Virus record (IMG/VR): IMGVR_UViG_3300047470_000295
Location: 17,962 to 81,961 of that record
DNA: 64,000 nucleotides
Direction: 5' to 3' (one strand)
DNA from: a virus
Positions within the stretch are counted from its first letter, which is position 1, and each line of letters starts with the position of its first letter. A program made the translations under genes and the position numbers. Shown here piece after piece: positions 8,233 to 16,771 of the stretch. The notes below the pieces were generated by a model. It was not told where the DNA came from, did not search any database, and saw only the letters and a list, made by a program, of their open reading frames with translations.

Positions 8233-8469
8233 TCAACGGAGGAGGTCGGTGACGTGCACGCCGAGGACCCAGGCGATTCGATGCAGGGAGCCGATGCGCG
8301 CGTCGGTCTTGCCTGCCTCGATGTCCTGGTAGGCGGAGCGCGACAGGCCGGCCGCGAGGAAGACACTCTCCTGGGTCATGTTCTCGTGGAGGCGTCGGAC
8401 GCGGATGCGGTCGCCGATGGCGCGGCGCTCTTGGAGCAGCCAGCTGTCGTCATCGGGCAGGCGGGGCAC
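8233..8469 (-). CDS. XRE-family HTH protein (78 aa)
   Basis: MTQESVFLAAGLSRSAYQDIEAGKTDARIGSLHRIAWVLGV is a classic Cro/CI-type HTH. The opposite-strand ORF 8215-8535 is a shadow. Confidence 0.75.
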   Translation of the reverse strand: MPRLPDDDSWLLQERRAIGDRIRVRRLHENMTQESVFLAAGLSRSAYQDIEAGKTDARIGSLHRIAWVLGVHVTDLLR

Positions 8470-8493
8470 GTGACAAACGCTCTGCCGAAGATG

Positions 8494-8522
8494 ATCATAA
8501 GTCAGCCCGGTTTACCGGGCAA
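8494..8522 (-). promoter_or_regulatory. sigma70-like promoter with embedded palindrome for the XRE gene
   Basis: On the minus strand, TTGCCC-N17-TATGAT. The spacer contains CAGCCCGG-TTTA-CCGGGCTG. Confidence 0.4.
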
Positions 8523-8753
8523 TAATCGATCTTGAAACGCGCCACTCGGTGGCCCGTAGCCGCAGCCCTCGATCCTGCGCCATGGATTTCGCCGCAGGGG
8601 TGGCTGTAGTGTGCAAGATTCGAACGCCCGTTCGCTCGATCGAGTGAATCAAGGCATCGACCTGCATCCTTCCGGCAAGGAGACAGGTCGAGGGATGCAG
8701 ACGTGCCGGTGGGCTCACTTCTGGGCGCCCTCCGTTGTGGTCCATCGGCGCGA

Positions 8754-8783
8754 GCCCGCCCCCAGTTGCGGCTGGGGGCGGGC
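8754..8783. terminator. perfect 12-bp stem hairpin in a non-coding stretch
   Basis: GCCCGCCCCCAG-ttgcgg-CTGGGGGCGGGC. Confidence 0.4.
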
Positions 8784-8908
8784 GTTCGCATCTTGGGAGA
8801 CGAACTGGGAGATGATCATGCCGACGCAACCCGGGTGTACACCCATAGAACCCGGCGCAACACCGGCCGGAAAGCCCTGAACACGGGGTTAGCGGGCCAT
8901 CAGCCCAG

Positions 8909-9010
8909 CGCATGCACCGCGACGCCGCGATCTACACGATCTTCGAGGGCACCAGCGAGATCCAGCGTCTGGTGATCGCCCGGACGCTGTCGGGCATGCC
9001 GATCCGCTAG
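8909..9010 (+). pseudogene. orphan 3' end of an acyl-CoA dehydrogenase gene (about 33 codons plus stop), an att-type identity segment
   Basis: Translates to RMHRDAAIYTIFEGTSEIQRLVIARTLSGMPIR*, the conserved ACAD C-terminus. An in-frame TAG lies at 8846 and no ACAD body is upstream. Confidence 0.75.
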
Positions 9011-9050
9011 GCGGATCTCGGCAGTAGGACGCGCATAGATCGACCGCGAA

Positions 9051-9087
9051 AGAAGACCCCCTTCCGCCGTCCGGAAGGGGGTCTTCT
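9051..9087. terminator. bidirectional 16-bp stem terminator
   Basis: AGAAGACCCCCTTCCG-ccgtc-CGGAAGGGGGTCTTCT. Lies between the ACAD fragment and the int stop. Confidence 0.7.
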
Positions 9088-9105
9088 GTTGTGCCGTCTG
9101 GAGGG

Positions 9106-10398
9106 TCAATCCTCGTTTGGGAGACGTTTGGGAGATCGTTTACGCCTGGGGGCCGTGTGCTCGGGAAAGGGGCCCAACTCGCGGCGGTCCACGACGACCT
9201 TCAGCGAGTCCTCCCACAACCTCTGGAGGTACTCAGCGATCGCCATCTCCATCGCCAACGTCACGTGCGAGTACGTGCCTTCGACGCCCTGGAGCACATG
9301 CCCCATCCGCGCCTCGACAGCAACCCTAGGGTGATTCCCCTCGTCAAGCCAGACCTTCTGCGAGTGCCGAAGCCCGTGCGGCGTGAGGCCCTCGACGCCC
9401 AGGACCGGCGGGACACCGACCCGCGCCTTCGCCCCGCGCACAACCCCCCGCGGTGCACGGCCCGACACGATGGGCTGCCACGTCTCCGCGTACCAGTCGC
9501 CACCCCGCAGCAGGCGCCCACCCTTGGGGGCGGTGAACACCCACTCGCCATCCGGCCGCGAGTCGATCAGCTGTTGCAGGAGTTCCGCCAAGAAGGCGGG
9601 AAGGATGAGCCCGCGGCCCGAGTCGTACTTGTTGTCGATCTCCGTGAACACGCCACCCACGTACTGACTCTGCTGCACCGAGTGGAGGCGCGGGCCCATG
9701 CCGGCGTCCTTCAGTTCCAACTGGTCGCGGTGCACGCCGGCGAGCTCGCCGATGCGCAGGCCGGTGTACGCGGAGGCCAGGACGATGGCGTACTCGTTGA
9801 GACCGCGCATCTGGAGCGCGTTGCGCGCGATGTGGAGTACCTGCCGTGGGGTGGCGATGGTCTTCTCGTCCTTCGGCTTCGGCTTGAACTTGCCGCGCCG
9901 GCCGCTCTTGCGGGTCGCTACGGGATTGTCGCCGCGCAGCCGTTCCGCGACGGCGTCATCGAGCATGGTGCGGAAGACGCTCATGACGGCGTCGGCATAG
10001 TTCTTCGAGATCCGCTGCCGCAGACCCTTCTCCCAGGTGGTGATCGCAGTGGGGGATAGATCACCAACGGCCGTCTGGCCCCACTCGGGGAGGATCTGAT
10101 TCTTCAGCCGCAGCCGGTACTCCTTCTCGCTGAGCGGCCCGACATCGATGGACTCAAGCCATCGCTCGGACCACTGCCCAACCGTCGTGCGCCCGTCGCG
10201 CGGGTTGAAGAACTGCTGCCTGCGAACGTCGACTTCGAGGCCGTGGGCGTAGTCCTTCGCCGAGCGCAGCGTGTAGAACGGCTGACCGTTCTCATCCTTG
10301 GAGACCGATCCCCACTCGCCGTTGGGGAGCTTGTACCGACCGCGGTACCGCCACTTACGTGCGCGCTTGTCGTAGCCGCGCTTCTCTGCGTGGGCCAT
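9106..10398 (-). CDS. int: tyrosine integrase
   Basis: 430 aa. ASAYTGLRIGEL (catalytic Arg), HGLRHS, and GH...TYSHV (Tyr) motifs, plus an N-terminal arm-binding-type domain. Confidence 0.95.
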   Translation of the reverse strand: MAHAEKRGYDKRARKWRYRGRYKLPNGEWGSVSKDENGQPFYTLRSAKDYAHGLEVDVRRQQFFNPRDGRTTVGQWSERWLESIDVGPLSEKEYRLRLKNQILPEWGQTAVGDLSPTAITTWEKGLRQRISKNYADAVMSVFRTMLDDAVAERLRGDNPVATRKSGRRGKFKPKPKDEKTIATPRQVLHIARNALQMRGLNEYAIVLASAYTGLRIGELAGVHRDQLELKDAGMGPRLHSVQQSQYVGGVFTEIDNKYDSGRGLILPAFLAELLQQLIDSRPDGEWVFTAPKGGRLLRGGDWYAETWQPIVSGRAPRGVVRGAKARVGVPPVLGVEGLTPHGLRHSQKVWLDEGNHPRVAVEARMGHVLQGVEGTYSHVTLAMEMAIAEYLQRLWEDSLKVVVDRRELGPFPEHTAPRRKRSPKRLPNED

Positions 10399-10424
10399 GA
10401 GCTGCCTCAGGGGGGAGTGAGCTG

Positions 10425-10643
10425 TCAGCCGGTGACGGCGTGGAGTGCTCTGCGGACAGTGGACTCATCGAGTCGACGCCAGCCGTCCTGAACGGAGTTG
10501 AGGATCGCCTGCAGAGCGCGGGCGCCCTTCTCCTGGATCAGACCGTCGTCGACGTACACGTTGAATTGTCCGTCGTCACAGTCCTCGACCCAGACCTGAA
10601 CGGCGTATGGCATTCCCGGAACTGACAGAACCCGCACTGACAT
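10425..10643 (-). CDS. hypothetical protein upstream of int (possible RDF or regulator)
   Basis: ATG follows GGGGGA. 72 aa with no recognisable HTH. The suggested function rests on position only. Confidence 0.4.
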   Translation of the reverse strand: MSVRVLSVPGMPYAVQVWVEDCDDGQFNVYVDDGLIQEKGARALQAILNSVQDGWRRLDESTVRRALHAVTG

Positions 10644-10747
10644 AGGTCCCCCAAGACCACTGCGGGCGCCCCCCATTGTGGTTGGCCTATGACATCACAC
10701 GCACCAGCGTTACAGGGAGGGGACTGCAACAATCTGTGTGAAGGAAG

Positions 10748-11308
10748 TTACGAGCTGTGCGCGGCCGGCGGTTCGTCGCTCACGTCCACGTCGTCAGGCA
10801 GACGGTGCAGCTTGCGCTCGGTGCGCCGCCAGGCGAGCAGTGCTTCCTGAATCTCGGCGGGGGTCGCGTCGGGCCGGCCGTGAACCACGATGGTCATGCG
10901 CGCACCGCCCGTGCCGGGGAGTTGGATCACCTGTGAGTCGATGAGGGGGTCGTCGCTCTCCAGCTCGTCGACCACTCGCAGCGGCAGCTTCCGCCGGAGT
11001 ACTTCGTCGGTTCGACGGACGGTCGACGCCGAGGAGCTCTCGGTCACGAGGGTCGGTTCGCCGCCGGTGAGCACGGTCGGGCCGGATCCTGTCGCCCATC
11101 CGAGGTGCGGCTCGATCTTCGCGAGGGTCTGCGGCATCCGGCTACGCGGTTTGCCGCTCTCAAGGTTCTGGACGCTGCCCTCGCTGACGCCTGCAAGTTC
11201 CGCCAGTTGGGGTTGCGTGAGGCCGCGCGCTTCGCGGGCTGTGCGAATTGCGGTAGCGAGCTTCGCCCACTGCAGGTTGGTCCGGTCCTCCGCCATGCGG
11301 CTCATCAT
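10748..11308 (-). CDS. XRE/CI-like repressor candidate
   Basis: HTH is ARGLTQPQLAELAGVSEGSVQNLESG. The C-terminal domain is unknown. The start is one of several ATGs between 11296 and 11332. Confidence 0.75.
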   Translation of the reverse strand: MMSRMAEDRTNLQWAKLATAIRTAREARGLTQPQLAELAGVSEGSVQNLESGKPRSRMPQTLAKIEPHLGWATGSGPTVLTGGEPTLVTESSSASTVRRTDEVLRRKLPLRVVDELESDDPLIDSQVIQLPGTGGARMTIVVHGRPDATPAEIQEALLAWRRTERKLHRLPDDVDVSDEPPAAHSS

Positions 11309-11332
11309 GCCGCACGGATAGGCAACACGCAC

Positions 11333-11586
11333 CTAGCGGATCCCCTAATTGACCAGGATTGATCGGTCTTAGGGGAGCTTTTTTGTTGCTTCGTTAGCGC
11401 CTCGTTGCGCTTGCGCCCCGTGTGCACGCCTACGCGCGCCGTGTAGCTATGGCCAGCGATCTCGGCCCTCGCGCCAGACGTACACCCAAGGAACACTGAT
11501 TAACACCCAACGAACCCGGTGCAATCCCTTGCCGTTGTCGCGTCGTTAGGGCTACGTTGTGTCTCGTGAGACCGAACGGAGCCGCA
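11333..11586. promoter_or_regulatory. divergent immunity-switch region
   Basis: About 250 bp of AT-richer spacer between the divergent HTH genes. Contains CCCCTAA...TTAGGGG, a repeated TCGTTAG, and TTGCCG-N18-TACGTT facing right. Confidence 0.5.
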
Positions 11587-11847
11587 ATGAAGGCCATCCG
11601 CGAGGCACGGGGGATCAGCCTTCGCCGGCTCGCGAAAGACATCGGCAGAGATCCGGGCTTCCTGTCCCGCGTCGAGGACGACAAGCAGGGAGCAGGACCC
11701 GGAACCCTCCACCTCTATGCCAGCTACCTGGACGTGCCTCTGGCCGCCATTACCCACAAGGAGATACCCCGTGACCAGGAACGACCTGGCTCCCCCCACG
11801 GAGACGACGCTGATCCTCCGCCTGACGGAGATCAAGGAAGCTGTTGA
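11587..11847 (+). CDS. Cro-like XRE HTH protein
   Basis: MKAIREARGISLRRLAKDIGRDPGFLSRVE. The 3' end overlaps the next gene, so the true stop context is uncertain. Confidence 0.55.
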   Translation: MKAIREARGISLRRLAKDIGRDPGFLSRVEDDKQGAGPGTLHLYASYLDVPLAAITHKEIPRDQERPGSPHGDDADPPPDGDQGSC

Positions 11848-12094
11848 GCGTCTCGCCGCGGCCCCCACTGCCGCCGAGCTGGAACTCACCGCGTTCACGC
11901 CGGCCAAGGCCGCCGAGCTCCTCGGCAAGACCGAGAACTGGGTCATCGAGGCCATCCAGAACGGCCGGATCCCCCACACCTACGTCGGCAAGTCGCCGCG
12001 CATGACCGCCGCCCACATCCGCTGGGTTCAGGCGAGCGGCGAGCGAGTGCCGAACCAGTACGCCAAGCCGCTCGCCGCCAGCGCCGCCGCCTGA
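11771..12094 (+). CDS. excisionase/MerR-type HTH protein
   Basis: GTG follows AAGGAG. FTPAKAAELLGKTENWVIEAIQNGRIPHTYVGKSPRM matches the excisionase-family HTH pattern. Confidence 0.6.
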   Translation: MTRNDLAPPTETTLILRLTEIKEAVERLAAAPTAAELELTAFTPAKAAELLGKTENWVIEAIQNGRIPHTYVGKSPRMTAAHIRWVQASGERVPNQYAKPLAASAAA

Positions 12095-12196
12095 CGGCAA
12101 AAGCCCCAACCGTCGGAGTGCGATCCGACAGCCGGGGCTCTGCGGCCCAAGAGCCGCTGATCCACCCCTCACCACTCAGAGAGAAGAGGCAGACCG

Positions 12197-12934
12197 TTGC
12201 CTGACATCGTCTCATCCGCCCCCGAAGTCACAGACGACGACCGGTTCTGGATCAAGAATCGCGCCGAGTTTCTCGCCCGGAAGAGCACCGTCGCCGACCC
12301 GAACGCTTGCGGTACCTGCCGCGGCAACGTGGCTGCCGGCGAGCCTGTCGAGCATGAAGGCTGTGCACAGCGCGCCACTCTGCTCCACGCACCGGACCAC
12401 CCGTACTACGAGATCCTCGCCGGCTTCTCCCTGGAGGAGAACGAGAAGCTCCCGCCCCGCTTCCACGTCCCGGTGTTCGACGACTGCGGCATGCCGAACT
12501 CGTGGCTGTGCGCGGTGTGCTGGGAGGAGGGCACGGTCGTCGGCTGGCCGTGCGCCACCGCCACCAAGTACGGCACCCAGGTCTTCACGTCGCTGCATGC
12601 GGCGGAGACGGCGCAGGAGAAGCAGACGGCCGAGTTGGAGTGGCTGAGGGCAGAGAATGCCCGCCTTCGTCTCGCCTGGCAGTCGGCTCGCGAGCGGGCG
12701 CAGTCTCACGGTGAGACCGTCCTCCGGGTCGTCAACGACCGCGAGGCGTACCAGGGCTGGCTGAAGCAGGAGCAGACCTACACCCAGCACCTGCAGGCCC
12801 GCATCGCCGAGCTCTCAGCGGCTGCCCCCGTGCAGCAGCACTACGACAAGGTGCCGGACCCGCTGGACGGATGCCACTGGTGCGCGTGCGGCAACCGCTG
12901 GCCCTGCAAGGACGCCCCGGCGGTGACGGCATGA
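12197..12934 (+). CDS. hypothetical protein with Cys clusters and a coiled coil (245 aa)
   Basis: TTG start follows GAGAAGAGG. Central heptad region (LEWLRAENARLRLAW). Confidence 0.5.
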   Translation: MPDIVSSAPEVTDDDRFWIKNRAEFLARKSTVADPNACGTCRGNVAAGEPVEHEGCAQRATLLHAPDHPYYEILAGFSLEENEKLPPRFHVPVFDDCGMPNSWLCAVCWEEGTVVGWPCATATKYGTQVFTSLHAAETAQEKQTAELEWLRAENARLRLAWQSARERAQSHGETVLRVVNDREAYQGWLKQEQTYTQHLQARIAELSAAAPVQQHYDKVPDPLDGCHWCACGNRWPCKDAPAVTA

Positions 12935-13077
12935 GCGCCTGTGGTTGGAACCCCGTCGATGCCACGACGGACTGCGACTGGGACGCCAACTGCCCAGTGC
13001 ACGGCGCCGAGCCGGACCTGGACACCACGGTCGCCGCGATGGGCGCCCTGCCGATGCCGACGGGAGACGCGTCATGA
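12931..13077 (+). CDS. small hypothetical protein (48 aa)
   Basis: ATGA coupling to the previous stop. Confidence 0.35.
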   Translation: MSACGWNPVDATTDCDWDANCPVHGAEPDLDTTVAAMGALPMPTGDAS

Positions 13078-13385
13078 CCTTCACCCCGAGGGCCTTCCAG
13101 ACCGTGCCTCCGCGTATCGAGCAGGCGGACGTGCCGCTGGCGACGCTGCAGCAGCAGGTCGCCGCGATCGTCACCGGCCAGCGCAACGCGCAGCTCCTCG
13201 CCGAGGCCGCCGACCGCACCGCATCCCCGTCGGACCGCATCGCCTACCAGCTGGACGCCTGGCTGGTCCGGCACCCCAACGCACCGGTCGCGCAGGTCGC
13301 CGACTACCCCGCCTGGGCGGCCGAGATGACCGCCCGCGAGAACGCCAACCGTGAAGCCCGCACCGCCCGCAAGGAGACGCTGTGA
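13074..13385 (+). CDS. hypothetical protein (103 aa)
   Basis: ATGA coupling. Confidence 0.45.
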   Translation: MTFTPRAFQTVPPRIEQADVPLATLQQQVAAIVTGQRNAQLLAEAADRTASPSDRIAYQLDAWLVRHPNAPVAQVADYPAWAAEMTARENANREARTARKETL

Positions 13386-13600
13386 ACGAGCTCGACATGG
13401 ATTCCGGCCTGGCCGCGGTCATCGACTACGTGCGTGAAGTCCACGCCCCGATCTCCCAGGCGATCACCGACGGCGGACCCGTCACCGCCACGGACTGCGC
13501 GCTCCTGTCCGGCGCCATCGACGCCCTGCTCGACGCGATCGATGCCCGCCTTCCGCAGCCCGCCGCGCAGCCGGCCGTGGCGCTGAAGGCGGTGGCCTGA
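13382..13600 (+). CDS. hypothetical protein (72 aa)
   Basis: GTGA coupling. Confidence 0.45.
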   Translation: MNELDMDSGLAAVIDYVREVHAPISQAITDGGPVTATDCALLSGAIDALLDAIDARLPQPAAQPAVALKAVA

Positions 13601-13601
13601 C

Positions 13602-13802
13602 ATGGCGGACACGATCGAGGCCCGCCCGCTGGCCGACCTGGAGATGGACTCGATCCTCGCCGTCGAGGCCGCCTGGCAGCACCGCTCACACGGGCTGAAG
13701 CCGTGGACCACCGAGGAGTACCTCAACGAGGTCGCCAAGGTCCACGCCCGCTACACGGTCCGCCGCGAATGGCTGCGCCGGCACCCGCAGGGGGTGGCGT
13801 AG
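13602..13802 (+). CDS. hypothetical protein (66 aa)
   Basis: ATG lies 1 nt after the previous stop. Confidence 0.45.
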   Translation: MADTIEARPLADLEMDSILAVEAAWQHRSHGLKPWTTEEYLNEVAKVHARYTVRREWLRRHPQGVA

Positions 13803-14105
13803 ATGGTGACGCTGTCCGTGACCCGTTCCCGTGTCGCCGCCGTCCTCCGGGACACCGCGGACCTGCTGGAGGCGGAGGGCTGGGACCCGCGCATAAACCC
13901 GGTCGTGTCCGCGATCGACCGGGCCGCCGGCTACGTGCCGGGCAAGGGCTCCGCGGATGGGGAGCAGACGACGCTCGAAGCGTGGGACGCGCTCGTCACC
14001 TACCTCGGCAACCAGCTCGTCGTCCCCTGGGAGAACGACCCGAACCGCACGCAGGTACAGGTGCTCCACGCGCTGCGTAGCGCCGCGAAGGCGGTGGCCG
14101 CGTGA
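13803..14105 (+). CDS. hypothetical protein (100 aa)
   Basis: TAGATG junction. Confidence 0.45.
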   Translation: MVTLSVTRSRVAAVLRDTADLLEAEGWDPRINPVVSAIDRAAGYVPGKGSADGEQTTLEAWDALVTYLGNQLVVPWENDPNRTQVQVLHALRSAAKAVAA

Positions 14106-14341
14106 ACGCCGAACTCTCCCAGGACGCCCTGACGGTCGGGCTCGTCGACGAGGCGGAGCACCGCCGGGCCGCGGTCCGGGTCGCCGACCAGATCGGCCGC
14201 GAGCACCCCGACCCGCGCGACGACCTGATGCCGAAGCTCGTCGGCCGGGAGCTCGCCCACGACCCGGTCATCGCGGCGGGCGTGCTCAAACTCCTCGACC
14301 AGCTCGGCCTCAAGCCGCAGCACATCCGGAGGCGGAAGTGA
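14102..14341 (+). CDS. hypothetical protein (79 aa)
   Basis: GTGA coupling. Confidence 0.45.
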   Translation: MNAELSQDALTVGLVDEAEHRRAAVRVADQIGREHPDPRDDLMPKLVGRELAHDPVIAAGVLKLLDQLGLKPQHIRRRK

Positions 14342-14433
14342 CCGGCTGGGCCGTCCTCGCCGCCTACGGATTCCTCGCCTGCTTCGGCACCCGCATCAGC
14401 AACCAGATCACCTACAAGGGGGACCAGAAATGA
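14338..14433 (+). CDS. mini membrane peptide (31 aa)
   Basis: GTGA coupling. One hydrophobic helix. Confidence 0.3.
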   Translation: MTGWAVLAAYGFLACFGTRISNQITYKGDQK

Positions 14434-14603
14434 CCGAGCCGATCCGCGTCGACATGGGAGCCGAGGACAACAACTTCGGCGAGAAGCTGATGGAAGCCCT
14501 GCTCACCGGCCGACCGCTCGTCATGTTCGAGAGCGGCCGGCCCGAGCTCGGTGAAGTCGGCATGGGCATGGAGATCACGAACGTCGAGGGCGAGGCGTCG
14601 TGA
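14430..14603 (+). CDS. small acidic protein (57 aa)
   Basis: ATGA coupling at both ends. Below the ORF-track length cutoff. Confidence 0.35.
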   Translation: MTEPIRVDMGAEDNNFGEKLMEALLTGRPLVMFESGRPELGEVGMGMEITNVEGEAS

Positions 14604-14959
14604 CTGCCGCTGACGGCAACGAGGTTGCCGAACTCCTCGCCAAGGCCGAAGCCCACCTGAATCGGGTCGGCCACCACAAGGGCTACCTGTACGACGAGGA
14701 CCGCGCCGACAACGGCGACGACCTCGCGGAGATCCCCGTCTGCTCCGTCGGCGCCGTTCTCGCCGCGGCCTACGGGCGGCCCCGCTACCCGTCCCTGTAC
14801 GCGGAGCGCAGTGACGTCGTCGACGCGGCGATCACTGCTCTGGCGGCGACGGTCGGCGAGCCGATCCATGTGTGGAACGACGCGAAGGGCCGGCAGAAGC
14901 GGCAGGTGCTGAAGGTCTTCCGCGACACCGCGGCCGGCCTGAAGGCGGTCGCCGTATGA
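14600..14959 (+). CDS. hypothetical protein (119 aa)
   Basis: GTGA coupling. Ordinary composition. Confidence 0.5.
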   Translation: MTAADGNEVAELLAKAEAHLNRVGHHKGYLYDEDRADNGDDLAEIPVCSVGAVLAAAYGRPRYPSLYAERSDVVDAAITALAATVGEPIHVWNDAKGRQKRQVLKVFRDTAAGLKAVAV

Positions 14960-15330
14960 AGCCCCTGCTCCGCGGTACTGGGCTTCGCCGCTACACCCGC
15001 AAGCGCCTCGTCCACGACCGGGACGCCGCACGGGCGGAAGTCCTCCGCCTCGAAGGCGTCATCCGCGGCCTCGACGCGATGGTCCTCGAAGCGAACGCGG
15101 AGATCGAGCAGCTGCGGGCGGACGTCGTCGACGTCGGAGTCGAGCGCCAGCTCCGTGCCGACGCCGTAGCCCACGCCGCGGAGACCGAACGCAAGTACCT
15201 GGCGTTGAAGGCGGCCTCGGACAACGAGCACGCCGTCACCGTGCCGCCCATGCACCGGCCCGCCGACGACCCGGACGAGACCCCCACACGGCCCGTCCCG
15301 CTGTGGAAAGCCGTCCTCGCCGACGCCTGA
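14956..15330 (+). CDS. coiled-coil hypothetical protein (124 aa)
   Basis: ATGA coupling. Confidence 0.45.
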   Translation: MKPLLRGTGLRRYTRKRLVHDRDAARAEVLRLEGVIRGLDAMVLEANAEIEQLRADVVDVGVERQLRADAVAHAAETERKYLALKAASDNEHAVTVPPMHRPADDPDETPTRPVPLWKAVLADA

Positions 15331-15334
15331 ACTC

Positions 15335-15368
15335 CCGGCCGCCCGGCCGGAACAGGTCGGGCGGCCGG
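15335..15368 (+). terminator. 11-bp stem hairpin inside the early operon
   Basis: CCGGCCGCCCG...CGGGCGGCCGG. Confidence 0.4.
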
Positions 15369-15438
15369 CGAAACGCAGAACCCCCGCCGAGGCCTAGTCG
15401 ACGGGGATCCGAGATCGAGTATCACACGGAGGAATCCC

Positions 15439-15981
15439 ATGATCGGTGAGACCACCGACTACAAGATGATCGTCCACGGCCAGCAGACGTACACCGTCTC
15501 CGGCGCCGTGCAGGCAGCGCCCGGACTGGTCGTTGTCCGTATGCCCGCCAGCCAGTCGCTGAACAACCCGGCCCGCTGGCGGATCGGCCACCACGGAGGG
15601 CTCGCCATCGCCGAGTCCCTGACCCGCGAGAACGCCTTCAAGGGCGTACAGGTCCTCGTCGACTCCGGCATCGACTGGACGCAGGACACCGACGCGATCA
15701 AGGAGACGGTCAGCGACGAGACCGCCCGCGACCTGTACGCGAAGCTCAGCTACGCGTGGTGCGAAGCGCCCGGCACCCACTACATGCCCGGCGACGTCAC
15801 CACCAACGGCACGTACACGGACGCCGACATCGAAGCCGCCGCCGCCGACTACAAGGACGACGGCCTCAACGGCTTCGAGATCTTGAACGCGATGACGCAC
15901 GCCGTGCCGTGGATGGGCCTCGACACGAACGACTTCAACGAAGCCCACAGCCGCATCGTGACCGCGGCAGGAGCCGAGTAG
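15439..15981 (+). CDS. hypothetical protein (180 aa)
   Basis: ATG follows GGAGGA. Confidence 0.55.
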   Translation: MIGETTDYKMIVHGQQTYTVSGAVQAAPGLVVVRMPASQSLNNPARWRIGHHGGLAIAESLTRENAFKGVQVLVDSGIDWTQDTDAIKETVSDETARDLYAKLSYAWCEAPGTHYMPGDVTTNGTYTDADIEAAAADYKDDGLNGFEILNAMTHAVPWMGLDTNDFNEAHSRIVTAAGAE

Positions 15982-16133
15982 TGGCCCGCTTCCTGGCCGG
16001 CCTGATCTTGGGGGTCGTCTCGTCGGGCATCGCCTGGCTGATCACCCACAACCTCGGCTGGACGGCCGTCGCCGGGGCCACGGTCTTCGTCCTCGTCTGG
16101 CTCGGCGAGTTCATCCTCGACGACCTCATCTGA
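15981..16133 (+). CDS. small membrane protein (50 aa)
   Basis: TAGTG junction. Two hydrophobic helices. Confidence 0.4.
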   Translation: MARFLAGLILGVVSSGIAWLITHNLGWTAVAGATVFVLVWLGEFILDDLI

Positions 16134-16186
16134 TCCACAACTCCACAGTCCGGCGCGTCGAGCCCCCCCAGCTCCGCGCCACCCAG

Positions 16187-16229
16187 GGCCAGCTCCCCGA
16201 AGCACCCCCCCCCGCCCGGGGAGCTGGCC
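16187..16229 (+). terminator. 13-bp stem hairpin with a C-rich loop
   Basis: GGCCAGCTCCCCG...CGGGGAGCTGGCC. Confidence 0.45.
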
Positions 16230-16259
16230 CCCAACCACTGCACCCATTTGGAGAACACC

Positions 16260-16670
16260 GTGAACACCGACAGTCCCACCATCCCGCCGGACGTCGCGGC
16301 GCACGTCCTGTTCCACTACGGCCGCGACGGCGGCTACCAGGCCGGTTCCTTCACCACCGCGCTCCTCACCGCGATGGGTACCGCCGACCCGTCCAACCTC
16401 GACCGGCTCGCTGCCGGCTTCCCTGCCTACGTCGCCGCGGTGACCGCCATCCAGTACGACCCGGACGGCGTCGAGCGGCTGCAGGCCATCGTCCGGGGCG
16501 AGGTGATCTCCAAGGAGTCTGCGGATCCTCAGTGCCCCGAGGCCCTGTTCAACCCGGACACCGGCGCCCTGCTCCGCTGCGTCCAGCGTGACCGCCACGA
16601 CTGGCACCAGACCCCTGCCGGTACCGAGTGGCGCCTCCCCGCCGACTCCTCGACGAAGGCCCCGTGGTGA
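16260..16670 (+). CDS. hypothetical protein (136 aa)
   Basis: GTG follows GGAGAA. The ORF opens at TTG 16248. Confidence 0.5.
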   Translation: MNTDSPTIPPDVAAHVLFHYGRDGGYQAGSFTTALLTAMGTADPSNLDRLAAGFPAYVAAVTAIQYDPDGVERLQAIVRGEVISKESADPQCPEALFNPDTGALLRCVQRDRHDWHQTPAGTEWRLPADSSTKAPW

Positions 16671-16771
16671 GCCCCCTCGCCTGCCGCATCTGCCGCGGCA
16701 CCGACGGCCCGTTCACCGCCGACGGCCGCTGCGAAGACTGCGCCGACACCCAGACCGAGGACTGCGAATGA
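16667..16771 (+). CDS. zinc-ribbon mini-protein (34 aa)
   Basis: GTGA and ATGA coupling. CRICRG...CEDC. Confidence 0.3.
   Translation: MSPLACRICRGTDGPFTADGRCEDCADTQTEDCE

Noticed and set aside
8215-8535. 106-aa plus-strand ORF with a GGAGG-like site
   Set aside because: The opposite strand encodes a textbook XRE helix-turn-helix protein with a good promoter, and the plus ORF has no recognisable features.
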